A stretch of 64,000 nt of DNA, from NCBI GenBank assembly GCA_030065755.1, contig JASJDA010000030.1, forward strand, positions 7,724-71,723, in the 5' to 3' direction. Within the stretch, counting starts at the first letter, position 1; the number at the start of each line of letters is the position of its first letter. The notes beneath the pieces are model-generated. The model worked only from the letters and a program-made list of their open reading frames with translations. It searched no databases and was not told where the DNA came from. This DNA is from Prochloraceae cyanobacterium (lineage in GTDB: Bacteria > Cyanobacteriota > Cyanobacteriia > Cyanobacteriales > JASJDA01). The translations under genes were made by a program, and so were the position numbers. Below, in pieces: positions 48,857-59,582 of the stretch.

Positions 48857-51427
48857 ATGACCTTCTCCCAGGAGCGGATTATCCCCACGGATTTGAGCAA
48901 CGAGATGTCTCGATCCTACATAGAATACGCTATGAGCGTAATTGTAGGAAGGGCGCTCCCAGATGCAAGAGATGGTCTAAAACCAGTCCATCGTCGCATT
49001 CTCTACGCCATGTACGAGCTAGGACTGAGCCCAGATCGCCCTTTTCGGAAGTGCGCTCGCGTAGTAGGCGAAGTATTAGGTAAATATCACCCTCACGGCG
49101 ATACGGCAGTTTACGACGCATTAGTGCGGATGGCGCAGGATTTCTCCATGCGCGACCCCCTAATTGCAGGACACGGAAACTTTGGTTCGGTGGACAACGA
49201 TCCTCCAGCAGCAATGCGCTACACCGAATGTCGCTTGCGATCGCTGACAACCAATTCCTTACTCCAGGATATAGAATCAGAAACCGTAGACTTTACCGAT
49301 AACTTCGACGGTTCCCAGCAAGAGCCAATAGTACTACCAGCCAGAATTCCTCAATTACTCCTAAATGGCTCTTCAGGAATAGCGGTGGGAATGGCAACCA
49401 ACATTCCACCCCACAACCTAGGGGAATTAATAGACGGGGTAGTGGCACTAATACACAATCCCGAAATAAGCGAGCAAGAATTAAGGACATACATTCTCGG
49501 ACCCGATTTTCCCACAGGAGGACAAATATTAGGGCGATCGGGGATAAAAGACGCATACACCAAAGGACGCGGTTCAATTACCATGCGCGGTGTAGCAGAG
49601 ATCGAAACCCTTAACCAGCGAGGAAGGCAAGAAAAAGAAGCGATCGTCATTACCGAGCTACCCTATCAAACCAATAAAGCAGCACTGATTGAAAAAATAG
49701 CCGAATTAGTAAACGACAAGAGAATAGAAGGCATTTCTGACATCAGAGACGAAAGCGATCGCAATGGGATGCGAGTAGTAATCGAACTAAAAAGGGATGC
49801 TTATCCTAAAGTAGTTCTTAACAATCTCTACAAACAAACTCCCCTACAAGCCAACTTTAGCGCTAATATGCTGGCCTTAGTAAATAGGGAGCCCCAATTA
49901 CTAACTCTCAAACAATTCCTGCAAGTCTTCCTCGATTTTCGCATAGAAGTAATTACCAGGCGCACCCAATACCAACTGAGGAAAGCACGAGAAAGAGACC
50001 ACATACTACAGGGATTATTAATTGCCCTAGAGAATCTAGACGCAGTTATCGAGATGATTCGGGCTTCTGCAGATGCTGCCACAGCAAAAAGCGAACTAGT
50101 AGACAGATTTGGTTTTTCCCCAATACAAGCAGAAGAGATATTGCGGATGCAACTCAGGCGCTTAACTGCCCTAGAATCCGAAAAAATTCAAGCAGAACAC
50201 CAAGAATTAGTATCTCGTATTGAAGATTTAGAGGACATACTAGCACGACGGGAAAGAATAGAAGGGATTATTGAAGAAGAGATCGCAGAAATAAAAAGAA
50301 TTCACGCTACCCCCCGCCGAACAGAAATAATACAAGCAGAAGGAGAAATAGTCGATACCGACTTAATAGCTAACGAGCAAGCAGTAGTTTTGTTAACCGA
50401 GCAGGGTTATATTAAACGCATGCCAGTCAGTACCTTTGGAGCCCAAAGTAGAGCAACTAGAGGTAAAGCAGCAGCGCGGATCAAAGATGACGACGTAGTA
50501 CAGCATTTCATAACCTGTTGCGATCACGATAAGGTTTTATTCTTTAGCGATCGCGGCTTGGTCTACTCGACCTGCGCTTACCAAATTCCCTCAGGTTCCC
50601 GCACCGCTAGAGGAGTGCCTATAGTACAAATGTTGCCTATTTCTAAAGAAGAAAAAATCACTTCTATAGTACCGGTTAAAGAATTTACCGAAGACGAGTA
50701 TTTGGTAATGCTCACCTGCAACGGTTACATTAAAAAGACAGCACTGGCAGCATTTAGCAACATTCGTACCAACGGTTTAATAGCAATTTCTTTAGCAGAA
50801 GGCGATCAACTGCGCTGGGTAAAACTGGCAAGGGAAGAAGACAGCATAATTATTGGTTCTCGTCAAGGAATGGCGATCCACTTTCAAGCCGACAACCAGC
50901 AATTGCGTCCTTTAGGTCGTGCCACCAAAGGTGTGAAAGCCATGAAACTGCGAGCTAAAGATGAATTGATTAGCATGGATATTCTTCCAAGTCAAGTAGT
51001 TGCCAGCATTAGTGCGGCATCAGAAGAAGAAGACGACGAAGAACATCTAGAAACAGAAGAATTAGCCAACGAAGAAGCTAACCAAGGTCCTTGGGTACTG
51101 GCAATTACTACCGGAGGATATGGGAAACGAGTTCCAGTGTCCCAATTTAGGCTGCAAAATCGCGCCGGAATGGGAGTAAGAGCAATTAAGTTTCGTTCCT
51201 CAGAAGATAAACTAGCAGCGATCGACGTGGTTGGTAGAGACGATGAATTGATGATTGTTACCAATAGAGGAATTATTATTCGTCAAGCAGTTGATGCAAT
51301 TACTCCCCAGTCCCGTATGGCAACTGGGGTGAGAGTGCAAAAATTAGACATCGACGACGCGATCGCTGCTGTTGCCCTAGTACCTCCTTCAGAATCAGAA
51401 CAAGAGGAGGAAGAGCAAATAGATTAG
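48857..51427 (+). CDS. gyrA: DNA gyrase subunit A
   Basis: 856 aa. [33 protein letters not shown], active-site region [11 protein letters not shown]-terminal beta-pinwheel domain and acidic tail. Confidence 0.95.
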   Translation: MTFSQERIIPTDLSNEMSRSYIEYAMSVIVGRALPDARDGLKPVHRRILYAMYELGLSPDRPFRKCARVVGEVLGKYHPHGDTAVYDALVRMAQDFSMRDPLIAGHGNFGSVDNDPPAAMRYTECRLRSLTTNSLLQDIESETVDFTDNFDGSQQEPIVLPARIPQLLLNGSSGIAVGMATNIPPHNLGELIDGVVALIHNPEISEQELRTYILGPDFPTGGQILGRSGIKDAYTKGRGSITMRGVAEIETLNQRGRQEKEAIVITELPYQTNKAALIEKIAELVNDKRIEGISDIRDESDRNGMRVVIELKRDAYPKVVLNNLYKQTPLQANFSANMLALVNREPQLLTLKQFLQVFLDFRIEVITRRTQYQLRKARERDHILQGLLIALENLDAVIEMIRASADAATAKSELVDRFGFSPIQAEEILRMQLRRLTALESEKIQAEHQELVSRIEDLEDILARRERIEGIIEEEIAEIKRIHATPRRTEIIQAEGEIVDTDLIANEQAVVLLTEQGYIKRMPVSTFGAQSRATRGKAAARIKDDDVVQHFITCCDHDKVLFFSDRGLVYSTCAYQIPSGSRTARGVPIVQMLPISKEEKITSIVPVKEFTEDEYLVMLTCNGYIKKTALAAFSNIRTNGLIAISLAEGDQLRWVKLAREEDSIIIGSRQGMAIHFQADNQQLRPLGRATKGVKAMKLRAKDELISMDILPSQVVASISAASEEEDDEEHLETEELANEEANQGPWVLAITTGGYGKRVPVSQFRLQNRAGMGVRAIKFRSSEDKLAAIDVVGRDDELMIVTNRGIIIRQAVDAITPQSRMATGVRVQKLDIDDAIAAVALVPPSESEQEEEEQID

Positions 51428-51528
51428 TAATTCTACTAAAAACTTAAGTAAAATTCACAATCAACGTTAGTTGAATAAAGTTTAAGGGAACTATATATTA
51501 TGTAGCCAAGTCCCTATACAGATCGAGC

Positions 51529-53919
51529 ATGTATTCTCAAAAATTCCAAGTAGCTTATAACAGAATTGAGAGCACTGGCAAAAAGCTTCTACACTATCTT
51601 GACACATTAAGACAACGTCGTCGCCGCCAGGGAGACAATAGCGAAGAATTGCAAAGCATCGAAGACGAACTAAAAAAATCTCTCAAAGCTTTGCAAAATC
51701 AAAAATATCAAGTTGCTGTTATTGCGGCTATGAAAGCGGGAAAGAGTACTTTTCTCAACTCCACAATCGGTGCAGATATTTTAGCTAGCGAATCAGAAGC
51801 CTGTACGGTTTGTCGTACTGATGTCAGACCGATCGAAGCTGGAGAAATACCGCAACTTTTGGAATATAGAGAAGGACAACACAAACCAGTTGTAGTGTCT
51901 TGCGGCGAAACTGCTAAAATTCGCCAAGATTTTCTCGATCGCACTCACCAAATTCGTCAGACCAATAACGCAGACAAAACAACCCGCTTTGAATTGTGGC
52001 ATCCTATTGAAGCTGTTAGTAGATATTCTTCTCTAGCTGGTTTAATTTTAGTCGATACTCCAGGACCAAATGAGTGGGAGTCTGCTAGTTTCAACACTGT
52101 TTCTCTCAAACAGACTGCATTAGAAGCTTTACGCACTTCTAATGCAATTTTATACGTTTTGGATTACACGTCCTTTAAAGACGATACTAATGAAGTACTC
52201 CTTAAAGATTTAATCGAACGCCGTCAAGATTTTATTGCCGAAAATACAGGTAAAATTTATTTTATTCTCAACAAAGTCGATCGTAGATCTGAAAAAGACA
52301 GACCAATTGCTGAGGTCATTGTTGACTTAAAAAAGACATTGATTAGCTTTGGCATTCCCCAACCTGCTATTTTTCCCATTAGCGCCCTCAAAGGATTGCT
52401 TTCCAAACTTATTATGAATGATACAGCGTCTAAAAGTCATAAAAAAGATTTTGTTAAATTCTTTATTGGCGAGTATATAGGCGAAAATTTTGAGGTTCCT
52501 CGTCCTTCAGACATTGCTCCACAATCTTTGCTAGATAGCGGCATACCTACTGTAGAAAAAAAAGTAATTCAAACTATTATTAAAAATTCTGGATGGAATC
52601 TTTTAAGTGAAGTCATAGCCAAAATTGAAAAGCAAGCAAGAGCAATTCAAGATACTCTCAACGGGCAAATTTGGGGTTGGGAAATAGAATTTGAAAAATT
52701 AAAAGAAACAGTAGAAGATTTTAGACCTCGCTCTGAGTCCGCCAAAAAAAAAGTTGCCGCCGTTAAATATTCCGTTGAAAAACAAAAGCGAGTTTTAATT
52801 TCGGGTTTTAGTATTGGTGTCAGTTTATTTTCTGAAGAAGCCAAAAACAAAATTCAAGAAGAAATCGATCGTATTGCTTCCAAAAGAGGAGCAATATTTG
52901 AAAAAAATCAATCTGCTCAAAATTATCGAGAATTGATTCAAAATAAATTATTAATGAAGAATGAAAATGGTGGCGATCAATCGATTGGCTGGGGAGGACT
53001 TCTAGAAAATTCAGGTGATGGAGTAGGGCAAATAGGAGGAAATTTACTAACTCTCGTTCCAGGTGTAGGTAAAGAATTAGGAACTGGATTTCAACAATTG
53101 ACTAAAGCTGGAGTATCTTTGGTGGATAATTTAATGGATCTTACTCCTTCATCTTTTGATGACTTTGACTCCACTCCCAATTACGATCCGTATAAGATCA
53201 GAGTAAAAACTGCCAAAGAAGCCAAAGAAATTGGTCAAAAAATTAATGAATTTTGCGCTCCTTTAATTAAAAGTTGGTGGCTAGATACTCAAGATAAACT
53301 GGTTAGAGATGGAACTAAAATTCGAGAAATTCTAGCCAGTAAAATTCAACAAGATATTCAACAAATATCAAATGAACTTTCTGACTATCTGGGAGAAGCA
53401 TTACAAGTAGAACTGAACATTAACCCCATTCAGTTTCCTGCTTTTGAATTTCAAGGAATAGACGCTAAGATAGAACAGCAACAAGAATTGATTAAAATTG
53501 TAGAAAAAAGACAAGAGAAAAGAGTTAAAAAACATATTTGCCGAGATGACGAGATCTATACTGTTGAAATTCCTATTGAGCAACAAAAAGAGCTATCGTA
53601 CTATGAAGTGGATTTGCGTCAAACAGCAATAGAAATTAAAAATAAAATTAACGCTCAGTCTCCTAAAAGCAAAGAACTATTAAAGCGGGTTATTGACAAG
53701 CAGATTTCAGAAGATTTCAAAAATGCAGAAAAACAAATAAATGACTACATTGAAAGATCTCAAAAAGTTTTAGATGGATTGCTGATCGATCGCCAAACAA
53801 AAGAAGCGGAAGCAGATAAACTAATTACCGTTTTTAAGGAGCAAAAAGCTCAACTAGAAGAATATTTGCGCGAATTGACTCAAATTACCAATAATCTCGA
53901 TAGTTGGAAACCATTGTAG
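51529..53919 (+). CDS. bacterial dynamin-like protein (large GTPase)
   Basis: 796 aa. G1 AAMKAGKST, G3 DTPGPNE, G4 LNKVDR, followed by a long helical stalk region with a Gly-rich insert (GGLLENSGDGVGQIGGNLLTLVPGVGKELG). Confidence 0.8.
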   Translation: MYSQKFQVAYNRIESTGKKLLHYLDTLRQRRRRQGDNSEELQSIEDELKKSLKALQNQKYQVAVIAAMKAGKSTFLNSTIGADILASESEACTVCRTDVRPIEAGEIPQLLEYREGQHKPVVVSCGETAKIRQDFLDRTHQIRQTNNADKTTRFELWHPIEAVSRYSSLAGLILVDTPGPNEWESASFNTVSLKQTALEALRTSNAILYVLDYTSFKDDTNEVLLKDLIERRQDFIAENTGKIYFILNKVDRRSEKDRPIAEVIVDLKKTLISFGIPQPAIFPISALKGLLSKLIMNDTASKSHKKDFVKFFIGEYIGENFEVPRPSDIAPQSLLDSGIPTVEKKVIQTIIKNSGWNLLSEVIAKIEKQARAIQDTLNGQIWGWEIEFEKLKETVEDFRPRSESAKKKVAAVKYSVEKQKRVLISGFSIGVSLFSEEAKNKIQEEIDRIASKRGAIFEKNQSAQNYRELIQNKLLMKNENGGDQSIGWGGLLENSGDGVGQIGGNLLTLVPGVGKELGTGFQQLTKAGVSLVDNLMDLTPSSFDDFDSTPNYDPYKIRVKTAKEAKEIGQKINEFCAPLIKSWWLDTQDKLVRDGTKIREILASKIQQDIQQISNELSDYLGEALQVELNINPIQFPAFEFQGIDAKIEQQQELIKIVEKRQEKRVKKHICRDDEIYTVEIPIEQQKELSYYEVDLRQTAIEIKNKINAQSPKSKELLKRVIDKQISEDFKNAEKQINDYIERSQKVLDGLLIDRQTKEAEADKLITVFKEQKAQLEEYLRELTQITNNLDSWKPL

Positions 53920-53931
53920 TTCTAATGAACT

Positions 53932-53963
53932 GAGTGGGCTAAATTAGCCCACTCTATTTTTTT
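53932..53963 (+). terminator. intrinsic terminator after the dynamin-like gene
   Basis: 9-bp stem gagtgggct/agcccactc with loop aaatt, followed by ta and a T7 run. Confidence 0.75.
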
Positions 53964-54050
53964 GGCTCCAGCCTAAATATTCAGAAATGTCCTATTATCG
54001 ATCGGTAGAGAACTTCTATTGTGTATTAGGTCAATTACTCTGAAAAAATT

Positions 54051-54596
54051 ATGCTCAGTTTTGCACAGTTAAAAGATTTAATTTTAAATCGGCGCTTTTG
54101 GGACAATTTTTTTCCTCGTCCAGCAACTAGTACCTTAGCATTGGGAAACACTACACCAGATTTTGAATTAGAAGACATAACCAATAACCGTACAATTAAA
54201 TTATCGGATTATCAAAACCAGCGGCCTGTAATCGTGGCTTTTACTCGTATTTTCACCGAGAAGGTATATTGTCCCCTTTGTCTCCCTCATATCAAAGAAC
54301 TCAATGAAAAATATGAGAACTTAACCGATCGCGGCATTGAATTACTGACGATCGCCAGTATAGATCCTCAACAGAGTCAGCAAGTAGTCAGCGATCTCGG
54401 TTTGAAGATCCCCTTACTTAGCGACTCGAGCTGCAAAGTATTCCAATCTTATCAAGTCGGTCAAGCTTTAGGTGCTCCCTTGCCAGCGCAATTTGTCCTC
54501 GATCGAGAAGGAAAACTCAATTATAAGCATTTATTTTCTTTTCTTTCTCCTAACGCTAGCGTGGAAAAATTGCTAGAGCAGAGCAATATATCTTAA
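54051..54596 (+). CDS. AhpC/TSA-family peroxiredoxin-like protein (PRX-like2 type)
   Basis: 181 aa. Thioredoxin fold with a CPLC motif (VIVAFTRIFTEKVYCPLCLPHIKEL). Confidence 0.7.
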   Translation: MLSFAQLKDLILNRRFWDNFFPRPATSTLALGNTTPDFELEDITNNRTIKLSDYQNQRPVIVAFTRIFTEKVYCPLCLPHIKELNEKYENLTDRGIELLTIASIDPQQSQQVVSDLGLKIPLLSDSSCKVFQSYQVGQALGAPLPAQFVLDREGKLNYKHLFSFLSPNASVEKLLEQSNIS

Positions 54597-54636
54597 CTTA
54601 AAAGACTTATTTAAAAGTCCGTCCCGCAGAGCGAGA

Positions 54637-55665
54637 TTACAGCTTAACATTCTCTAACTCGCAGCGAGGATTATAGCTGCGGTTAGCATTGATTTTTTGG
54701 TAATATTCTCGTTCGACGGGACTAATATCTTTAGGGGTAGCAATAATAATTTTCACTAATTGGTCGCTGCGTCCTCCTTTGGGAAGGGGCCATCCTTTAC
54801 CGCGCAGTCGCAGAGATTGACCCGAACGAATTCCAGGAGGTACTTTCATACTGACCATGCCATCTGGTGTTGGGACTTCAATTGAAGTCCCTAAAACAGC
54901 TTCATCTGGGGCTATCGGTACTTCACAAAGGAGATTTTCTCCTTCAAATTCAAAAAACGAGTGAGGCTCTAATTCTACCTGGAGATAAAGATCTCCTTTT
55001 TGTTGAGTGTAAGAGCTATACTGACCTTTCCCCCTTACTCTTACTCTACTACCAGATTTGGTTCCAGGAGGAATGCGAACATTGATAATTTCGTCACCGA
55101 GATGAAGGCGTTTTTGAGCGCCTCTAAATGCTTCTGAAAAACTCAGACGAATTTTAGCTTCTAGGTTGTTGGATGTCTGTGCTGTTTGGTTTCTAAATCC
55201 GTTACTGTAGCTACTGTAGCCGTTATTGTAGTTACTGTAGCCACTATAGCCATTAGTTCTGCCGTTAGTCGAACTGCGATACCTGTAACTTTGGTTTCTA
55301 GAGTTGGTATCGGTAGAAGAGCGACCGAGCAAATCTTTGAGAAATTCCTCAAAATTGTCGTACTGGTTGAAGTCAAAGCCGCTAAAATCGACATTAACTC
55401 CATTATTGCCAGACCATTGGTTTTGTCCTGCTTGTTTCCAGTATTGACCGAATCGATCGTATTTTTTGCGTTTCTCAGAGTCAGATAAAACTTCGTAAGC
55501 TTCGCTAATTTCTTTAAAGCGAGCTTCTGCCTCTTGATTACCTGGGTTGCGATCTGGGTGATATTGTAGTGCTAATTTTCGGAATTTTTTTTTGATTTCC
55601 TGTTCGCTAGTTGTTTTGCTCACTCCCAGGATGGCGTAATAGTCTTTGAAGTCGGTCGAAACCAT
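54637..55665 (-). CDS. DnaJ-class co-chaperone lacking the zinc finger (CbpA-like)
   Basis: 342 aa. J domain with HPD ([11 protein letters not shown]), a G/S/N/Y-rich linker, and two C-terminal DnaJ substrate-binding domains. No CxxCxGxG repeats. Confidence 0.85.
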   Translation of the reverse strand: MVSTDFKDYYAILGVSKTTSEQEIKKKFRKLALQYHPDRNPGNQEAEARFKEISEAYEVLSDSEKRKKYDRFGQYWKQAGQNQWSGNNGVNVDFSGFDFNQYDNFEEFLKDLLGRSSTDTNSRNQSYRYRSSTNGRTNGYSGYSNYNNGYSSYSNGFRNQTAQTSNNLEAKIRLSFSEAFRGAQKRLHLGDEIINVRIPPGTKSGSRVRVRGKGQYSSYTQQKGDLYLQVELEPHSFFEFEGENLLCEVPIAPDEAVLGTSIEVPTPDGMVSMKVPPGIRSGQSLRLRGKGWPLPKGGRSDQLVKIIIATPKDISPVEREYYQKINANRSYNPRCELENVKL

Positions 55666-55981
55666 CAGCAGAAGTCTCCTCTTTAGTTGCTCGCCTATTT
55701 AATGTCGCTAATTTAGAGGGCCTAAAAGTTAACTATTAAAAATTAATAATTTTTTTAAAATTTACCCTTTATATAAGGTAGCAAAATAGTCAAGTCGAGC
55801 GAGTTCGGTTCTTACTTAATGAGAGAAGTGCAATTTCCGTACTTGCATTGGTAGAAAAGCGAATTAGACGAGGGATATTGAAGAGTCGAGCATTGAAAGT
55901 TCTGCTTGGTGCGCCCTAAATCAATACTGTTGGGTTAAAAGTTTTTATTTTTCTCCGCGAAGGGAGATAATATCTTAGCAA

Positions 55982-56026
55982 AATTCATCACCGACTAAAA
56001 TTCTGAATTTTAGTCGGTGATGAATT
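55982..56026 (-). terminator. perfect 21-bp inverted repeat immediately downstream of glgC (terminator-like hairpin)
   Basis: aattcatcaccgactaaaatt-ctg-aattttagtcggtgatgaatt, 11 nt after the glgC stop. The flanking U tract is weak. Confidence 0.5.
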
Positions 56027-56037
56027 GTCGATCTTTA

Positions 56038-57327
56038 TTAAATTACCGTACCGTCAGCAATGACAGCATTTTTAATTATGACAACAATACCGCTACGGAT
56101 GTAGAAACCTTCATCCTCGCGATTTGATTCTTCAATTCGGTCTTTATTTAAAATTAGAACTTTGCGACCAATACGAGCATTTTTATCGACGATCGCTCGA
56201 CGAATTGTAGAACCAGAACCAATACCGAGGGGAATTTGCTCGGTTTGTACGCCAGATTGTCTTTCGGCAAAAGCCTCGTAGTAATCAGCACCCATCAACA
56301 TGCTGTCTTCAATAGTACAATCAGCTTCAACGCGGCTGCGAATGCCCAAAACAGAGTGATGAATTGTACACTTTTTCAGAATACATCCTTCACCAATCAT
56401 TGATTCTGTTACATTACAATCTAGAAGCTTGCTGGGGGGCAAATAACGAGCCCTGGTATATATGGGAGATTTTTCGTCGTAGAAGCTAAAAGGTGGTTTG
56501 GGCTGCTGTGTGAGTGCCAAATTAGCGTGATAGAAAGCTTCAATTGTTCCAATATCTTCCCAATAATCTTTAAACAAGTAGGCTTGTAGATTATATTTTT
56601 GAGCAGCTCCAGGTATAATTTCTTTACCGAAATCAGTTTGTTCTAAATTTTGTTGCAAAAGTTCAATTAGAACTTCTTTGTTAAACACGTAAATTCCCAT
56701 AGAAGCAATATAGGGACTTTTCCGCGCTTCTTGTGAGGTCAGTCCTAAGGTGGTAGTATCCACCTGCATTTTTGCGAGAGCGTCTCCTTTTGGCTTTTCG
56801 CTAAAATCAACTACTCTACCATTGTCGTCAATTTTCATTAAACCAAAACTAGATGCCCGTTTTTCATCGATCGGCACCACTGAGAGGGTAATATCGGCAT
56901 TAGTTTCCCGATGACGTTCGATAAACTTGCGATAATCCATCCTATAAAGATGGTCTCCCGATAAAATCAGATATTGATCGATATCCCACTCTTGTATTAG
57001 TCGCAAATATTGACGCACTGCATCTGCCGTGCCTTGGAACCAACTGGGATTTTCTTTTGTCTGTTGAGCCGCCAATACCTCAACAAATCCTTCACGGAAA
57101 CCAGAGAAAGCAAAGGTTCTGTTGAGGTGACGATTGAGAGAAGCTGAATTAAATTGAGTTAGAACGTATATTTTGAAAATTTCTGAATTAATACAATTAC
57201 TAACTGGGATATCAATAAGTCGATATTTTCCTGCCAATGGTACTGCAGGCTTAGCCCGCAGCTTGGTTAGCGGATAAAGGCGAGTCCCTGCGCCTCCTCC
57301 GAGAATGATACTTAATACTCTTTTCAC
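56038..57327 (-). CDS. glgC: glucose-1-phosphate adenylyltransferase
   Basis: [40 protein letters not shown].. is collinear with cyanobacterial GlgC. I place the start at the in-frame GTG (57325-57327), preceded by GGGAGG 7 nt upstream, giving 429 aa. The longest ORF (TTG at 57366) adds 13 codons. Confidence 0.93.
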   Translation of the reverse strand: MKRVLSIILGGGAGTRLYPLTKLRAKPAVPLAGKYRLIDIPVSNCINSEIFKIYVLTQFNSASLNRHLNRTFAFSGFREGFVEVLAAQQTKENPSWFQGTADAVRQYLRLIQEWDIDQYLILSGDHLYRMDYRKFIERHRETNADITLSVVPIDEKRASSFGLMKIDDNGRVVDFSEKPKGDALAKMQVDTTTLGLTSQEARKSPYIASMGIYVFNKEVLIELLQQNLEQTDFGKEIIPGAAQKYNLQAYLFKDYWEDIGTIEAFYHANLALTQQPKPPFSFYDEKSPIYTRARYLPPSKLLDCNVTESMIGEGCILKKCTIHHSVLGIRSRVEADCTIEDSMLMGADYYEAFAERQSGVQTEQIPLGIGSGSTIRRAIVDKNARIGRKVLILNKDRIEESNREDEGFYIRSGIVVIIKNAVIADGTVI

Positions 57328-57872
57328 AAAAAAACCTCCCGACTGCCTGTTACCTCTTTTTGTCAATTTTATGACTGTAGGGCATATCTAATTGACTTTT
57401 CCTAAGTGCAGAATACGAGTCGCAAAGCCAGACCTCTTAGTATTTGACACTTAGCTGTCACCGAAAAAATCGATGGCAACAGCTTATATATTCCCTACAC
57501 GCTTTGACATACTGACGATCGAAACCACATACTTTGCGTTTATATTTAATCAAAGTTTTCACGTTCAGAGTGGTTTTACCTAAATTAGGGTGATAAAACG
57601 CTATCTTTACTGCCTGTTTGTCTGTTGCCTTGGTCTTGGTAGCGACATATGTCCTACTAGTTTCCTACCGACGGGAATTTCACCCCTACTAGCAAAGAGT
57701 TAATGCGCTAAACCTTGTTCTTACTTGCTTTATTGAAATTAACAATACCATATTTCAGGATGCTGAGAAATAAATTCCCGCCTCTTGTTTTTCTAGGCGC
57801 TGAACTCGCGAGCAATTAGAACTTGAATTGCTTGTAAATAGTTCTGTTCTTCAGCCAATTAGCTGTCAAAAA

Positions 57873-57901
57873 ACATACCCGACTAAAAAGGTCGGGTATG
57901 T
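57873..57901. other. stable 11-bp hairpin flanked by an A-run and a T-run (bidirectional-terminator-like)
   Basis: acatacccgac-taaaaag-gtcgggtatgt, preceded by aaaaa and followed by tt. Read on the minus strand it is followed by T6. It abuts a possible thrC promoter: TTGACG 57902-57907, 17-nt spacer, TACCAT 57925-57930. Confidence 0.45.
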
Positions 57902-57966
57902 TTGACGAGTATTTTACCCCGTGATACCATGCCTGATATGTTGACGGAATTAAGGGAAGTAGAGAA

Positions 57967-59271
57967 ATGACACAGGCGAGTCCAAGCAAAACAAAATCTA
58001 TAGGTCCAACTTTTACCAAGCTAGTTTCTAAAGAAGGGGGCACCGAATATCCTCTTAAAGCAATCCACATCTGTGAAGAAACTTTTGCCCCTCTAGAAGT
58101 AGCTTATGATTACGATGCAATTCGCGATCGAGTAAGTCGTGAAACTATAGAAGCAGGGCCGAATTCAATTTGGCGCTACCGTCATTTCTTGCCAGTAGAG
58201 AGTGAAAATCCTATAGATGTAGGTACTGGCATGACTCCTTTAGTTAAATCAAATCGTTTAGCCCGTCGCCTGGGTCTAAAAAATCTTTACATCAAAAACG
58301 ATGCCGTCAATATGCCCACCCTCAGCTTTAAAGACAGGGTGGTTTCAGTAGCTCTTACCCGCGCCCGCGAGTTGGGTTTCTCTACAGTTTCCTGCGCTTC
58401 TACTGGAAATTTAGCCAACTCTACAGCAGCGATCGCAGCCCGTGCGGGTTTAGACTGTTGCGTGTTTATTCCTGCTGACTTGGAAGCTGGAAAAATCCTG
58501 GGAACCTTAATTTACAATCCCACTCTCATGGCAGTTAAAGGGAATTACGATCAAGTGAATCGCCTTTGCTGCGAAGTAGCCAATACTCACGGTTGGGGCT
58601 TCGTCAACATCAACCTACGTCCCTACTACTCTGAAGGCTCTAAAACTCTCGGTTTTGAAGTAGCCGAACAACTTGGCTGGAAACTGCCAGACCATATTGT
58701 TGCTCCCCTTGCATCTGGTTCTCTCTATACTAAAATCTATAAAGGCTTCCGAGAATTTGTTAAAGTCGGCTTAGTAGAAGACAAAAATGTTCGCTTCAGT
58801 GGGGCGCAAGCAGAAGGATGCTCGCCGATCGCTCAAGCGTTTAAAGAAGGAAGAGACTTTGTTTCTCCAGTTAAACCCAATACTATTGCTAAATCTATTG
58901 CGATCGGCAACCCTGCTGACGGTATCTATGCCCTAGAAACCGCCAGAAAAACCAACGGACATATAGAAGCAGTCACCGACGCTGAAATTATTGAAGGAAT
59001 GAAACTTTTAGCCGAAACTGAAGGTATCTTCACTGAAACCGCTGGCGGAACCACGATCGCCGTCCTCAAGAAACTGGTAGAAAATAAAAAAATTGACCCC
59101 GAAGAAACCACAGTCGCTTACATTACTGGTAACGGACTCAAAACTCAAGAAGCAGTTCAAGGTTACATTGGCGAACCTTTAATTATCGAACCAAAACTAG
59201 ATAGTTTCGAGCGAGCATTAGAACGCTCTCGCACCCTCGAACGTCTAGAATGGCAACAAATTTCAGTTTAG
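57967..59271 (+). CDS. thrC: threonine synthase-family PLP enzyme
   Basis: 434 aa. PLP-lysine motif PTLSFKDR and ASTGN motif; long-form ThrC architecture. The function may be ThrC or a ThrC-like sulfur-transfer enzyme (see findings). Confidence 0.85.
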   Translation: MTQASPSKTKSIGPTFTKLVSKEGGTEYPLKAIHICEETFAPLEVAYDYDAIRDRVSRETIEAGPNSIWRYRHFLPVESENPIDVGTGMTPLVKSNRLARRLGLKNLYIKNDAVNMPTLSFKDRVVSVALTRARELGFSTVSCASTGNLANSTAAIAARAGLDCCVFIPADLEAGKILGTLIYNPTLMAVKGNYDQVNRLCCEVANTHGWGFVNINLRPYYSEGSKTLGFEVAEQLGWKLPDHIVAPLASGSLYTKIYKGFREFVKVGLVEDKNVRFSGAQAEGCSPIAQAFKEGRDFVSPVKPNTIAKSIAIGNPADGIYALETARKTNGHIEAVTDAEIIEGMKLLAETEGIFTETAGGTTIAVLKKLVENKKIDPEETTVAYITGNGLKTQEAVQGYIGEPLIIEPKLDSFERALERSRTLERLEWQQISV

Positions 59272-59306
59272 TTGTTGGTTTTTTGTCGTAAATTTATGGA
59301 GAAACT

Positions 59307-59582
59307 ATGGCCGTTAAAGTTTTAATTCCCACCCCTCTACAAAAATTCACTGGCGAGCAAGCTACTATTGAATGCTCTGGCGCTAGTGTCAATGAATTAT
59401 TCGACGCTCTCGAAAACAATTGTCCTGGTATCAAATCTCGTTTGTGTGACGAAGAGGGCAAACCCCGTCGCTTTTTAAACTTCTACGTAAATAGCGAAGA
59501 TATCCGCTTTTTAGAGGGTACGGAAACTCCTCTCAAAGATGGAGATGAAGTTAGCATCGTTCCTGCAGTTGCTGGTGGCTAG
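59307..59582 (+). CDS. MoaD/ThiS/CysO-family sulfur-carrier protein
   Basis: 91 aa ending in VPAVAGG. Collinear with M. tuberculosis CysO as I recall it (..IPT.L...TG......SG.....L...LE.N..G....L.........RF.N.YVN.ED.RF........DGD.V.I.PAVAGG). Confidence 0.85.
   Translation: MAVKVLIPTPLQKFTGEQATIECSGASVNELFDALENNCPGIKSRLCDEEGKPRRFLNFYVNSEDIRFLEGTETPLKDGDEVSIVPAVAGG

Noticed and set aside
51529-53919. Dynamin-like protein as part of an Eleos (LeoA/LeoBC)-type anti-phage system.
   Set aside because: Only one DLP gene is present. There is no second GTPase partner, no defence-island context and no mobile-element neighbours, and the flanks are housekeeping (gyrA, peroxiredoxin-like).
57816-58070. 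84-aa minus-strand ORF overlapping the thrC-like start.
   Set aside because: It is antisense to a well-supported gene and crosses the 57873-57901 hairpin. No motif was found.
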